A stretch of DNA of 64,000 nt from Nanobdellota archaeon. Lineage in GTDB: Archaea; Nanobdellota; Nanobdellia; Woesearchaeales; SM23-78. The notes beneath the pieces are model-generated. The model was not told the origin of the DNA, did no database searches, and worked only from the letters and a program-made list of their open reading frames with translations. The stretch covers positions 1,430-65,429 of the forward strand of contig JAHJQO010000033.1 in NCBI GenBank assembly GCA_018819305.1, in the 5' to 3' direction. The position numbers and the translations under genes were made by a program. Positions 18,377 to 27,962 of this stretch are shown here, piece by piece (position 1 is the stretch's first letter; every line of letters starts with the position of its first letter).

Positions 18377-19162
18377 ATGAAAGAATTGATTGGCAAAACA
18401 TATGAGGAAATCGAAGATAAATTCTGTTTTGATTATTATCTTGAGACTAAAGATGACTCTTTATTAGGTAAGCCGGTGGATAACAAAAAACTAATTAACT
18501 CTTTTATCGAATTTAATAAAGAAAATGAATTGAAAGTAATCAAATTATATGATGGCGTAATACAAGAAATTAATGATATGGACTTGACAGAGATTAAAAA
18601 TAATCTCGCCCTTCTAGCAGAAAATAAAGGAGTATTTTATGATGATTCGGATGATGAATTGGCAACAACCTATGGATTTCTATGCGAAGAGTACTTTGCT
18701 GAAATAATGCAGGGTATAATTTTCTTCTTTGGAAAAGAAGAATATGTACTGAAATTTGCAGATATTCTTAAAGAAAGTAATATTGAATATCATAAACCTG
18801 AAAAGAAATCTGAAATGGGAAAGGATATGGAAACAGTATTAAAAAAATTAAGAAAGCTTGGAAGAAATGAGCCCTGCCACTGTGGTTCTGGAAAAAAGTA
18901 TAAAAAGTGCTGTTTTGATAAGGATATTAAAGAAACTGGAAAATTTATGAAAGTAGACGATTTATGGGAAGAGGGATATTTTGCTGAAACATTAAGCCCT
19001 AGCGAAATTAAAGAGAAAGAAAAGACTATTCACATGGGCCATGATGAAGATATGGATTACAACTGTAAAAAATGCAATAAGAAAATCTCAGCACATAACA
19101 AAGATTGGCATGCAGGGATGTGTGATGGTTGTTTTAATAAAGAATTTCATGAGGGTAACTAA
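18377..19162 (+). CDS. SEC-C motif protein with an additional C-terminal Cys/His metal-binding motif
   Basis: KLGRNEPCHCGSGKKYKKCC; C-terminal CKKC...H...CDGC. Confidence 0.8.
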   Translation: MKELIGKTYEEIEDKFCFDYYLETKDDSLLGKPVDNKKLINSFIEFNKENELKVIKLYDGVIQEINDMDLTEIKNNLALLAENKGVFYDDSDDELATTYGFLCEEYFAEIMQGIIFFFGKEEYVLKFADILKESNIEYHKPEKKSEMGKDMETVLKKLRKLGRNEPCHCGSGKKYKKCCFDKDIKETGKFMKVDDLWEEGYFAETLSPSEIKEKEKTIHMGHDEDMDYNCKKCNKKISAHNKDWHAGMCDGCFNKEFHEGN

Positions 19163-19163
19163 A

Positions 19164-20318
19164 ATGCCGAAAAAATCACCAGTTGTGGATATTGAATTAT
19201 CTGTGCTAAAATGGCTTATTGATAGTTCTGGCTGGACTAATGAGGAAATGGCGAAGCGATTAGGCATAAGCACCCCGAATATACAGAAAATAATTGCAGG
19301 AGAGAAAAAGCCGACATTTAAGCAGTTACAAGAGTTATCAGGAATTTTCAAAAGACCTGTTGCTGCTTTTTTACTATCAAAACCAAAATACGAGAAGCCA
19401 AAGCCTAAGGATTACAGGTTACTTCCTGAGAAAGCAGATAAGTTTGATAAGAAAACATTACTAGTATTAAGAAAGACAAGGCGATTACAAAAATTAAGCA
19501 AGGAATTATCCAGAAATATCAAATATGAGACTAAAACAAAATTAGAAAAAGCAAAAATTTCGGATAGTCCTGAAAAAATGGCTGATAAATATAGAGAACT
19601 TTTTGAATTAACACTTGAAAAACAGAAGAAATTTAAGACTGCTTACGAACTATTCAATTATCTTAGAGATGTTCTTGAAGATATGAATATTTATGTTTTT
19701 CAGTTTTCTATGCCTGTTGAGGATGCGAGAGGTTTTGTATTAGTGGATGATAGTCCAAATATCATAGTAGTGAATACAAAAGATAGCATTGAAGCAAGAT
19801 TATTCTCTTTAATACATGAATTTGGGCATATTCTATTAGGAGAATCAGTTATAGATTTACCAGATGTAGCTTTATCCAGCAAAGATAAAATTGAATCATG
19901 GTGTAATGCTTTTTCAGCTTCGTTTTTACTTCCAAAACCTATGGCAAAGGATATTTTTATTGAGAATAAAGCAATATTGACTCAAAGAAAAACCCTTAAT
20001 TATCTTTCTAGGAAATATAAAGTCAGCAAAGCCATGCTATTACTATCTATGACAAAACTAGACTTTATCCAGAAAAAAGATTATGAGAATATTCTTAATC
20101 AATTCAAACCTGATTTAAAAAAGGAAAAAGAAAAAGTAGCCAAAGGAGGTGGAGGAGTATCATCTGATAGGAAAACACTTGCAGAAATGGGAAATAAATT
20201 TATTTCGCTTGTCGCTCATAATTATGACAGAGAATTCATTACTTATACAGATGCATTGAATTACCTATCCATCAAATCAAAAAATTTTGACAAGGTTCTG
20301 GCAAAGGCGAAAAAATGA
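19164..20318 (+). CDS. XRE-HTH + ImmA/IrrE (COG2856) Zn metallopeptidase
   Basis: N-terminal HTH (NEEMAKRLGIS...GEKKPTFKQL), RLFSLIHEFGH, ESWCNAFSASFLLP; ATG at 19164. Confidence 0.92.
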   Translation: MPKKSPVVDIELSVLKWLIDSSGWTNEEMAKRLGISTPNIQKIIAGEKKPTFKQLQELSGIFKRPVAAFLLSKPKYEKPKPKDYRLLPEKADKFDKKTLLVLRKTRRLQKLSKELSRNIKYETKTKLEKAKISDSPEKMADKYRELFELTLEKQKKFKTAYELFNYLRDVLEDMNIYVFQFSMPVEDARGFVLVDDSPNIIVVNTKDSIEARLFSLIHEFGHILLGESVIDLPDVALSSKDKIESWCNAFSASFLLPKPMAKDIFIENKAILTQRKTLNYLSRKYKVSKAMLLLSMTKLDFIQKKDYENILNQFKPDLKKEKEKVAKGGGGVSSDRKTLAEMGNKFISLVAHNYDREFITYTDALNYLSIKSKNFDKVLAKAKK

Positions 20319-20806
20319 CTTCAAATTGTTACATTATTGACACTTCATCATTAGTGAAGCTGAACAGAGAAAATCCCTTGGATGTTTATCCTAGTGTTTG
20401 GAAAAAGTTGGAAAGCCTTGTTACTGCTGGTCGCCTAATTGCTCCTAAAGAAGTTTTTAATGAGATTAATCAGAATGATGATCAATTAACTAAGTGGGCA
20501 AAATTGCAAAGAAAAATGTTTAAAGAAGCCACACCAAAACAAATAGAATTAGTTCAGCAAATTCTAAATATGCATCCCTCACTTATTGATGCAGATAGAA
20601 AATATGATGCTGATCCATAGGTTATAGCATTAGCTATTGAAATGAGTACCAGCGTTCAAAAAACTCTAGTTCAAATTAAGAGAATTGTAGTAACTGAAGA
20701 AAAAACAAGAGGGAATAGAGAAAATATTCCGTTTGTTTCTAATGAAATGTCAATAGAAGCTATTGATGTAATAACCCTGTTCAGAACAGAAGGTTGGAAA
20801 TTCTAG
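20315..20806 (+). pseudogene. DUF4411-family PIN domain protein with an internal TAG stop
   Basis: IIDTSSL, EVFNEI, ADP*VIALA (TAG at 20618-20620 where TGG/Trp fits the motif); frame continues VVTEE...IPFV...EGWKF to a stop at 20804-20806. Confidence 0.85.
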
Positions 20807-20885
20807 ACAAAACTCCCTACTTTCACTGTCGAGAAAGGGGCATTTTATTGAACTTAATAAATATTAGAAGAAACTATAAGACGAA

Positions 20886-21575
20886 TTAACCAAGATAACT
20901 CATATTCTTTTTATCTGCTTCCTGCAGAGTCTTGTTGCTGCCTTGCATAATCTTTTTTATCTTGTCTTCAAAGTCTTCTGCTTGTTTTAGCAGTGGATTA
21001 TAGTCAACTTCCAAGCCCAGATATTTGTCAAGAATCTCAATAAGCTTTGCTGCTGCTTTGCTGTCTGGAAGCTGGCTGTGGGCAGCTGCAAACAAGCAGG
21101 TTATGTTTTTATGTCTTAACATTAATGATGCACTCACACCCATGATAATGCTCTCTTTTACAGGCTTTGCCCCGCATTCCTCGAGTTTTTTATCTCCATA
21201 ATAATATGCTTTTATATCACCGCTTGGGTCATCTGTTGCTACTCCTTCCAGGCTTATGATTTTCTTTGCAGTCATTTTCTTAGCCATATCCATGACTGCT
21301 TCTGCAATCTCCCATTCAAAACCTTTAACATTAAGGATGGTGTGAAGAATAACTATGTTTTTTTTAGGAACATACCAAATTGCCATTGGATTGATAAGTT
21401 TGCCTTTGTGAATTGCTGCAACAGGGCTTAATTCATTATAATGGAATTCTCCAATAAGTTCTGCTTTTAAGTGCTCAAGAAGAAACTCTGTTGTGATTGT
21501 TCCCACCAGGCCAAAGCTTGGAAAGCCTTCTATGATAATCGGATTCTTGGGAGTTTTCTTAAGAACAATCTTCAA
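20886..21575 (-). CDS. PAC2 family proteasome assembly chaperone
   Basis: IIEGFPSFGLVGTI, PDSKAAA, LLKQAEDFE; C-terminal YLG; TTG start with GAGGTGA RBS. Confidence 0.88.
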   Translation of the reverse strand: MKIVLKKTPKNPIIIEGFPSFGLVGTITTEFLLEHLKAELIGEFHYNELSPVAAIHKGKLINPMAIWYVPKKNIVILHTILNVKGFEWEIAEAVMDMAKKMTAKKIISLEGVATDDPSGDIKAYYYGDKKLEECGAKPVKESIIMGVSASLMLRHKNITCLFAAAHSQLPDSKAAAKLIEILDKYLGLEVDYNPLLKQAEDFEDKIKKIMQGSNKTLQEADKKNMSYLG

Positions 21576-21776
21576 AATGTTTCACCTCTTTTTCTAACAC
21601 TTTTTTTGATATTGTACTCATAATAATATAGGTATATAAAGGTTTTGGAATTTAAACCAAAATAAAACAAATAAAACAAAACAAAACAAAAAGATTATAA
21701 AGGGCTTTTCCAATAATAATATATCTATTATTACTCAGAATAAGTTTATAGTAATAAGTCTCTATGCAGAAACAAG

Positions 21777-22940
21777 ATGAATCTTTTTAAAAGAATAAAA
21801 AAAACAATATTACCTGCGGTTATCTTATCTGCATTTCTAAGCTACGCGCCAATGTCTGCAAAGCAAACAACAACTTTGCCGCAACAGGATAAAATAGAAC
21901 TTAAAACCAGTGCTATAAAAAAGCAGGAAAGCAAAAAACCAGATTATAAAGAAGTGAGAGGAGTATTTCTATATTCTTGGAATACCAGAAATAAAGATAA
22001 ACTTGAAGAACTTATTGATAATATGAAACAATCAAATTTGAATGCTGTTGTTGTTGATATCAAGAGCAATGCGGGCGAGATTCTTTACAATACTCAGAAT
22101 GATTTGGCAAAAACAATTGAATCAAAATACAGTGCTCTTGGAAACCTGGAAAAGTTTATCAAGAAATTTCATGATGAGAATATTTATTTTATTGCACGTC
22201 ATGTTGTTTTTAATGATCCTATTCTGGCAAAAAAAAGACCGGATTTGGCAATCCATAATCAAAATGGTGAAGTGTGGAAAGGAGAGATGGCTAAATCTTA
22301 TGTTCCTTGGGCAGATCCTAATTCTGCAGAAGTTCAAAAATATAATCTTGATATTCTGGAAGAAGTTTGCAAAGCAGGTATTGATGAAATCCAGTTTGAT
22401 TATATTAGGTTTCCTGCGCATAAAAATCTGGTTTATTCACATCAAGAACCAGATACTTCAAAAATTCAAGTGCTACAGAAGTTTCTTAATGATGCATGGC
22501 TCATAGCAGATAAGTATGATGTAAAAGTAGGTATTGATATTTTTGGGTTTTCAATTTATAATTCAGGAGACCTTGGAATAGGTCATTCATTCTTAGATTT
22601 GTTAGAGTCTATTGATGTTATTTCACCTATGTTATACCCTTCTCATTACACAACAGGTAATTTTGGCTTTGAAAAACCACAAAATCATCCCTATGAAGTA
22701 ATTTCTTCGAGTGTAGAAAAAGCCAATAAAATGGCAAAAGAGAAGAATGTTGTTGTAAGACCTTGGATACAGGCATTTGGATGGAATACTCCGACTTATT
22801 CTATAGAATATATAATGGATGAAATACAGGCTGTGTATGACGGTGGAAGCACCTCGTTTTTGGTTTGGAATGCAAATAATAATTATGATATGTTATTCAA
22901 GGCGATTCAGAAAGCTAATATGAAATTTGCACCTTTCTAA
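21777..22940 (+). CDS. Secreted putative glycoside hydrolase (DUF4015-like TIM barrel)
   Basis: Signal peptide; NAVVVDIK, IARHVVFND, DEIQFDYIRFP, SPMLYPSHY, RPWIQAF. Confidence 0.82.
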   Translation: MNLFKRIKKTILPAVILSAFLSYAPMSAKQTTTLPQQDKIELKTSAIKKQESKKPDYKEVRGVFLYSWNTRNKDKLEELIDNMKQSNLNAVVVDIKSNAGEILYNTQNDLAKTIESKYSALGNLEKFIKKFHDENIYFIARHVVFNDPILAKKRPDLAIHNQNGEVWKGEMAKSYVPWADPNSAEVQKYNLDILEEVCKAGIDEIQFDYIRFPAHKNLVYSHQEPDTSKIQVLQKFLNDAWLIADKYDVKVGIDIFGFSIYNSGDLGIGHSFLDLLESIDVISPMLYPSHYTTGNFGFEKPQNHPYEVISSSVEKANKMAKEKNVVVRPWIQAFGWNTPTYSIEYIMDEIQAVYDGGSTSFLVWNANNNYDMLFKAIQKANMKFAPF

Positions 22941-22959
22941 TTTTGTCAGGGTTTCTTTT

Positions 22960-23895
22960 TCAATGCTTCAAGCCATCAATAATCATCTTAAGAAGAGCCA
23001 TTCTTATGTATAATCCGTTTTTTGCCTGCCTGAAATAAGCAGCTCTCTTGTCTTTATCAACTTCTGGTGTTATCTCTATCACTCTTGGCAATGGATGCAT
23101 GATTATTGCTTTTTTATTAAGTTTTTTTAATGCTGCCTTGTCAATCACATAGAAACTTTTGAGCTGATTATATTCATGTTCTGTTTTAAACCGTTCCTTT
23201 TGAACTCGTGTCATGTAAAGAACATCGACTTTGTCAAGAACCTGCTGCACATCTTCAACTTCCTCAAAAGTAATTTTTTTCTTTTTCAGGTGTTCTTTGT
23301 ATTCTTTTGGCAGCTGAAGTTTTTTTGGAGCAACTAAATAAAATTTTATTTTTTTGTAAAGAGAAAGCAGAATAAGCAAAGAGTGGATTGTTCTTCCATT
23401 GAGCAGGTCTCCTACAAGAGCAATGTTTAGATTTTCTAGTCGTCCAAGTTCTTTTTCAATAGTATATATGTCAAGCAAAGCCTGAGTGGGATGTTCTCCT
23501 GTGCCATCGCCTGCATTGATAACAGGAACTTCAGACACGTCTGCTGCTATTTTGGCAGAACCTTTTGTAGGATGCCTAAGTACAATAACATCTGCATATC
23601 CACTAATGATTTTGATTGAATCTGTCAGAGATTCTCCTTTTATTGCAGATGAAAAATGTCCTGCACTCTCTGTTGTTATAACTTCACCTCCTAGCTTGTA
23701 CATTGCTGCTTCAAAAGAAAACCTGGTTCTTGTGCTTGGCTCATAAAACACAGCCACCATTATTTTGTTTCTCAGATAGTTCGGGAGTGTGTTTGCTTTT
23801 TCCCTGCTTTCCATTTTATCAGCTAATCTGAAAATCTTGTCAAGAAGAGATGTATCTAAAAATTGTTTTGTGCTAATAATATGTCTTAAAATCAT
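22960..23895 (-). CDS. pyrB: Aspartate carbamoyltransferase, catalytic subunit
   Basis: FYEPSTRT, NAGDG..EHPTQALLD, YMTRVQKER, HPLPR. Confidence 0.97.
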   Translation of the reverse strand: MILRHIISTKQFLDTSLLDKIFRLADKMESREKANTLPNYLRNKIMVAVFYEPSTRTRFSFEAAMYKLGGEVITTESAGHFSSAIKGESLTDSIKIISGYADVIVLRHPTKGSAKIAADVSEVPVINAGDGTGEHPTQALLDIYTIEKELGRLENLNIALVGDLLNGRTIHSLLILLSLYKKIKFYLVAPKKLQLPKEYKEHLKKKKITFEEVEDVQQVLDKVDVLYMTRVQKERFKTEHEYNQLKSFYVIDKAALKKLNKKAIIMHPLPRVIEITPEVDKDKRAAYFRQAKNGLYIRMALLKMIIDGLKH

Positions 23896-23972
23896 ACTAA
23901 AAATTATGTAGTGTTGGCTGAATTTAAAAATTTATAGAAGACTTTAAAAATAAGAATAAGTACCCCTTTTGC

Positions 23973-24290
23973 ATGACAAAGGTTAATATTGAGATTGTTG
24001 GAAATTATACTAATGGCAGGCTTGAAGACTATTCAATTGACTATGAGTTAGACCAGCCAAGAACAGATGGTTTTGTAAAACATGTTCCTAACATGATACA
24101 AGCAGCAGAATATATAAAAAATTATAGCCAGGAAAAAGAAATAAGAGAACCTGCATATAACATCACTGTGGGAAAAGGTGTGTTTGCAAGGAAATGGTAT
24201 AAAGGAAAAAAAGGAGATTATACTGATTATCCTGATGAAAAAGCTCAAGATCAATTAATAACATTATTAAAAGAGGAAAAGGAGGATTAA
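23973..24290 (+). CDS. Hypothetical protein
   Basis: 105 aa; first of a tightly packed set of orphan ORFs. Confidence 0.6.
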   Translation: MTKVNIEIVGNYTNGRLEDYSIDYELDQPRTDGFVKHVPNMIQAAEYIKNYSQEKEIREPAYNITVGKGVFARKWYKGKKGDYTDYPDEKAQDQLITLLKEEKED

Positions 24291-24291
24291 A

Positions 24292-24573
24292 ATGATAAAT
24301 TTAGAAAAATTTTTCAGACCTCAACTTGATAAAATTCCAATTGAAGAAATTGAAAAAGAATGGAAAAGACACGATAGAATTGTTGACCATCGCGGAGCAG
24401 TTGATATAGTGGAAGCATTGAGTGAAAATGAAATAGTAACAGATGTGGAAAAAGATGTTTATCTGAGAAGACCAACATTGGAAGAACTAAATGCTAGTGA
24501 TAAATGCCTGCCTTGCTATCATCAGGGCGCACTTAAAGATTTATTTGCAGTTTATGTAAGGAGGAATGATTAA
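24292..24573 (+). CDS. Hypothetical protein
   Basis: 93 aa; GGAGG RBS; 1 nt after the previous stop. Confidence 0.6.
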   Translation: MINLEKFFRPQLDKIPIEEIEKEWKRHDRIVDHRGAVDIVEALSENEIVTDVEKDVYLRRPTLEELNASDKCLPCYHQGALKDLFAVYVRRND

Positions 24574-25003
24574 AATGTTTACATGCAGAGGATGTGAAAT
24601 TGAGTATGATGACAAAGATTTTGGAGCACTTATTAGTTATTATGTTCCAAAAGGCACAGAAGATAATGAAAAAGAAAAAGTTAATCTATTGTTTTGTGGC
24701 ATAACAATGCATCCCTGCTGGATACCTACCAGTTATTTTATGCTTGAGAATATGAATCATCAAGAAAGAGTCCAGGGATGGAATGTTCTTTTGCAGGTTT
24801 CTGATTTATTTGATGTAACAAGAGATTATAGGTTTATTAATCTTGAAATCATGCTTGATGAAATGAAAAAAATAACAGAAAAAACTCCTATTCAAGAGAT
24901 GGATTTAGTAAGAACTCTGCATCATTATGAGACAATTGGAGTCACTCTTGCACAGGGTGATTACAAAAGAAGCAGTGAATCAGATACTTTACTAATAGAT
25001 TAA
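24566..25003 (+). CDS. Hypothetical protein with an N-terminal CxxC
   Basis: CRGC plus later C...HPC; GGAGG RBS; overlaps the previous gene. Confidence 0.6.
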   Translation: MIKMFTCRGCEIEYDDKDFGALISYYVPKGTEDNEKEKVNLLFCGITMHPCWIPTSYFMLENMNHQERVQGWNVLLQVSDLFDVTRDYRFINLEIMLDEMKKITEKTPIQEMDLVRTLHHYETIGVTLAQGDYKRSSESDTLLID

Positions 25004-25067
25004 ATTATTAATATTATGTTTTTTTTTGACAAATTATTAATACTTATCTTACTTTCTTATTAATATA

Positions 25068-25424
25068 ATGAGTGATACTGCCTTTTTTGTAAAAGGAACA
25101 AATTATCATGGAAGTTCATATTTGACTGAGCATAATTCTTGCTATGGCCTTTCTAAAAAAGGAAAGTTTAGAGGCAGAGAAAGTATTGAAGGAGCAGACA
25201 TAGCTTACATGGCAGGACTGGATCCTTTCTATTATAGGACTGCTGTAAAATTCATGACTCATTATGATCCTGAAGTAAAAAAGCAATTAGATGAACTGAT
25301 AAAAGAAAAAGGCCAGGAAATCCAGCCAGGATTAATCATCGTGGCAAGCCTTACTGACGAATCTGGAAAAGAAAGAAATAGAAATGGAATTGTCACTTCT
25401 CTTGTTGATAAGATGTTAAATTAA
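25068..25424 (+). CDS. Hypothetical protein
   Basis: 118-aa ORF; no recognisable motif. Confidence 0.55.
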   Translation: MSDTAFFVKGTNYHGSSYLTEHNSCYGLSKKGKFRGRESIEGADIAYMAGLDPFYYRTAVKFMTHYDPEVKKQLDELIKEKGQEIQPGLIIVASLTDESGKERNRNGIVTSLVDKMLN

Positions 25425-25452
25425 ATAAATTATTTTTAATTATCTTCTTTAA

Positions 25453-26625
25453 TTATCTTTTTCTCATATACAATCTTTTAATCAGCTCTTTTTTGCCAAA
25501 CTTGGCAAGCTCCTGCATTTTTTCAGGATCTATATCGAGATTTTCAAATGCTTTCTCAAGTTTGAACTTATCTAATGTGGTGAACTCATCCCACAAACCT
25601 TCTTTTTTCAATAGTTCAACAAAAGTTGCATGTCTTTCATCTGTTCTTCCTGGGAACTTAACACAATCTTTTTGCCAGATTGTTACAGCAGTGTCAGAAC
25701 CATAAACCTTGTTAACTTTTTTCTGCTCTCCAAACGCAAATATTTTGTCCCTGATTTCCTTAACTTTCTCATTTACTTTTTGCTCTTTTATTTTCCATGC
25801 AGCATATTCATTTGCAAGCTTTACACCATCATCGTCCTTGAATTCTTCAATAGTTTTCTTTTCAACTTCAAACAAATGCCTGAAGTTGGGGCAGTCTGGC
25901 TGGTACTCACACCAGTCGCAAAGAGCAGATTCTTTTGCAGGATAATTCTCAGCACTTTCAATTGATTCTATGGCTTTCAAAACCTCTTTTTTGAGCTCTT
26001 CAAGAGCTTCATCTTCTCTGGTGCTCCTGATTTCTTTATCAAAAGCAAGGTAATGCCAGACAAGTTCTACTTTTTCACAGTCAGAAAACATTTCTTTTAC
26101 AGCAATAGCATAAAGTGCGAGCTGCCTGTCTTCGTCTGCTTTTTCCTGAGTCATCAGGGTGTTGGCGGTCTTGTAATCATGGATTTCATAAACACCGTCT
26201 TTAGAAGCAAGCCTGTCAATAAAACCCTGAATTTTTTTGCCATTAATATCAATAACAATCCTCATTTCCAGGCCAATGGTTTTGTCATGGTCAAAAGGCT
26301 TGTACCGATTATAATAATCTGTGATGAAACGCTCACCCATCTGCCTGTAATTTTCCTTGTCATATTCTTTTCTGACAATCAAAATGTTTTCATTCCAGTT
26401 TTTTTCCCATTCAGAGTTATAGAATTCAAGCAGTTCAGGCAGGGTGTTAATTTTTTCAAATTTCAGGTCTTTGTAAAGCTTCTCAAGAACATCATGAACA
26501 CGTGAACCTAAAAATGCTTCAACACCCTCTCCAATCTCAGACTCAACCTCATCAATATAATGAAGCTTGAACTTAAGAGGGCATTGCTCAAAAGAAGATA
26601 TTCTTGAGTGGGAGTATACTGTCAT
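25453..26625 (-). CDS. PD-(D/E)XK RecB/AddB/Cas4-like nuclease with Fe-S cysteines
   Basis: YSHSRISSFEQCP, GSRVH, GFIDRL, IHDYKT, QLALY, CDWCEYQPDCP. Confidence 0.9.
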   Translation of the reverse strand: MTVYSHSRISSFEQCPLKFKLHYIDEVESEIGEGVEAFLGSRVHDVLEKLYKDLKFEKINTLPELLEFYNSEWEKNWNENILIVRKEYDKENYRQMGERFITDYYNRYKPFDHDKTIGLEMRIVIDINGKKIQGFIDRLASKDGVYEIHDYKTANTLMTQEKADEDRQLALYAIAVKEMFSDCEKVELVWHYLAFDKEIRSTREDEALEELKKEVLKAIESIESAENYPAKESALCDWCEYQPDCPNFRHLFEVEKKTIEEFKDDDGVKLANEYAAWKIKEQKVNEKVKEIRDKIFAFGEQKKVNKVYGSDTAVTIWQKDCVKFPGRTDERHATFVELLKKEGLWDEFTTLDKFKLEKAFENLDIDPEKMQELAKFGKKELIKRLYMRKR

Positions 26626-26704
26626 ATAAAAATAAAAATATTAACTCTTATTTAAAGCTTACCAAACAATAAAATTTTTATACAACCATCAAATCACCTT
26701 TAAC

Positions 26705-27925
26705 ATGAGGTATGGTGAGAACTCTCTTCTAAATCCAAGAAGTCAAAGGATAGAGAAATCTTTTCAAAAACTTGAAACTCTTAGATTAATTAACGGAGGA
26801 TACTTGGCTTCTCCTAATCCTGGCAAGGCAGATGGTACAGGGCGCTATAATGTTTTTTGGCTGAGAGATATTATGTATGCAACTTATGCAAACGAATATC
26901 TGGGCAACATGGAACACATGCTCAAAAGTTTTGAATTAATCATGACCATAATGCTCAAGCACCGCGAACTAATATGTGCAGCTATAAGAAAGCTTCCAGA
27001 GAAATGGGCCCTGCATGCAAGATATCATCCATCAACTCTTGAGGAAATATCTCCTGATTGGGGTCATCATCAGCTTGATGTTATAGGATTCTTCTTGTAC
27101 AAAACAGGAGATTTAATACAAAAAGGACATAATGTTCTTCAGACAGATGAGCAAAGAGAACTTATTAAGGATTTAATACAATATTTGTTTAATTATCGCT
27201 GGGAAACCTATCCTGATTTTGGGATGTGGGAAGAAGGACCTGAAGTGCATTCCTCAAGCCTGGGAGCAGTTCTTGCAGGACTGACCATGTGGTTTGATGC
27301 AGGTCACTATAAATATAAATATGCGCATGACAGAGACTTGGCAGATGTTGTTCCTGTTTCTGAAAGATATTTTGATACAGGACCTCAGAAAATAAAAGAA
27401 CTCTTGCCAAGAGAATCTCAATCAAGAGAATGTGACCTTGCACAGCTGTCACTTATCTGGCCTTATAATATTGTTGATGACGAGATGAAACTCACTATTC
27501 TGAATAATGTAGAGACTAAGCTTTTGAGAGAGCATGGCGTTATAAGATATGAAGGAGATAATTACTTTAATTCAGATAAGAAGAATCCCAAAGGCAATGA
27601 GGCTGAATGGCCGCTGGGCCTTGCATGGCTTGCAATAGTTCATAATAAGCTTGCAGAGTGGGGCAAGGATAATCTTGAACAGTCTTTGGTTCATCTTAAG
27701 AAATCAAAAGAGTATCTTTTGAAAATCGACAGCCTGATGATTGATGGATGTATTCCTGAGCTTTATTCAAGAGGCAAGCCCAATGAGAACAGGCCTTTGG
27801 CATGGGCGCATAGTTTTCATATCATAGCACTGCAGTCATTTATTAATACTCTTGAGTGGGTCAGAAAAAAACACAATATTGAGCTAAATGAGGATCTTGA
27901 GCCTGTGAATTCTGTGAATTCTTGA
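26705..27925 (+). CDS. Glycoside hydrolase family 15 (glucoamylase/phosphorylase kinase-like)
   Basis: WLRD, LHARY...WGHHQLD, DFGMWEE, GVIRYEGD, EAEWP, IPELY, PLAWAHS. Confidence 0.88.
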   Translation: MRYGENSLLNPRSQRIEKSFQKLETLRLINGGYLASPNPGKADGTGRYNVFWLRDIMYATYANEYLGNMEHMLKSFELIMTIMLKHRELICAAIRKLPEKWALHARYHPSTLEEISPDWGHHQLDVIGFFLYKTGDLIQKGHNVLQTDEQRELIKDLIQYLFNYRWETYPDFGMWEEGPEVHSSSLGAVLAGLTMWFDAGHYKYKYAHDRDLADVVPVSERYFDTGPQKIKELLPRESQSRECDLAQLSLIWPYNIVDDEMKLTILNNVETKLLREHGVIRYEGDNYFNSDKKNPKGNEAEWPLGLAWLAIVHNKLAEWGKDNLEQSLVHLKKSKEYLLKIDSLMIDGCIPELYSRGKPNENRPLAWAHSFHIIALQSFINTLEWVRKKHNIELNEDLEPVNSVNS

Positions 27926-27962
27926 AAAGTTTTATTAACTCAAGTACTATACCTTTCAAAAT

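Larger units (their letters stand above)
18111..20815. mobile_element. Putative accessory islet bounded by the 10-bp inverted repeat GAGTTTTGTC/GACAAAACTC
   Basis: IR copies at 18111-18120 and 20806-20815 enclose the RHH, SEC-C, ImmA and PIN genes; no transposase or integrase inside. Confidence 0.35.

Noticed and set aside
20618..20620. Amber recoding or pyrrolysine readthrough in the PIN gene
   Set aside because: TAG is a normal stop in this window (e.g. taw1 and the same gene's true end), and no pyl genes are seen. A point mutation or sequencing error is simpler.
21653..21693. AAAAC/AAAT-rich run
   Set aside because: Low-complexity intergenic tract with no structure.
25453..26625. CRISPR-associated cas4
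   Set aside because: No cas1, cas2 or array nearby; treated as a solo PD-(D/E)XK nuclease.
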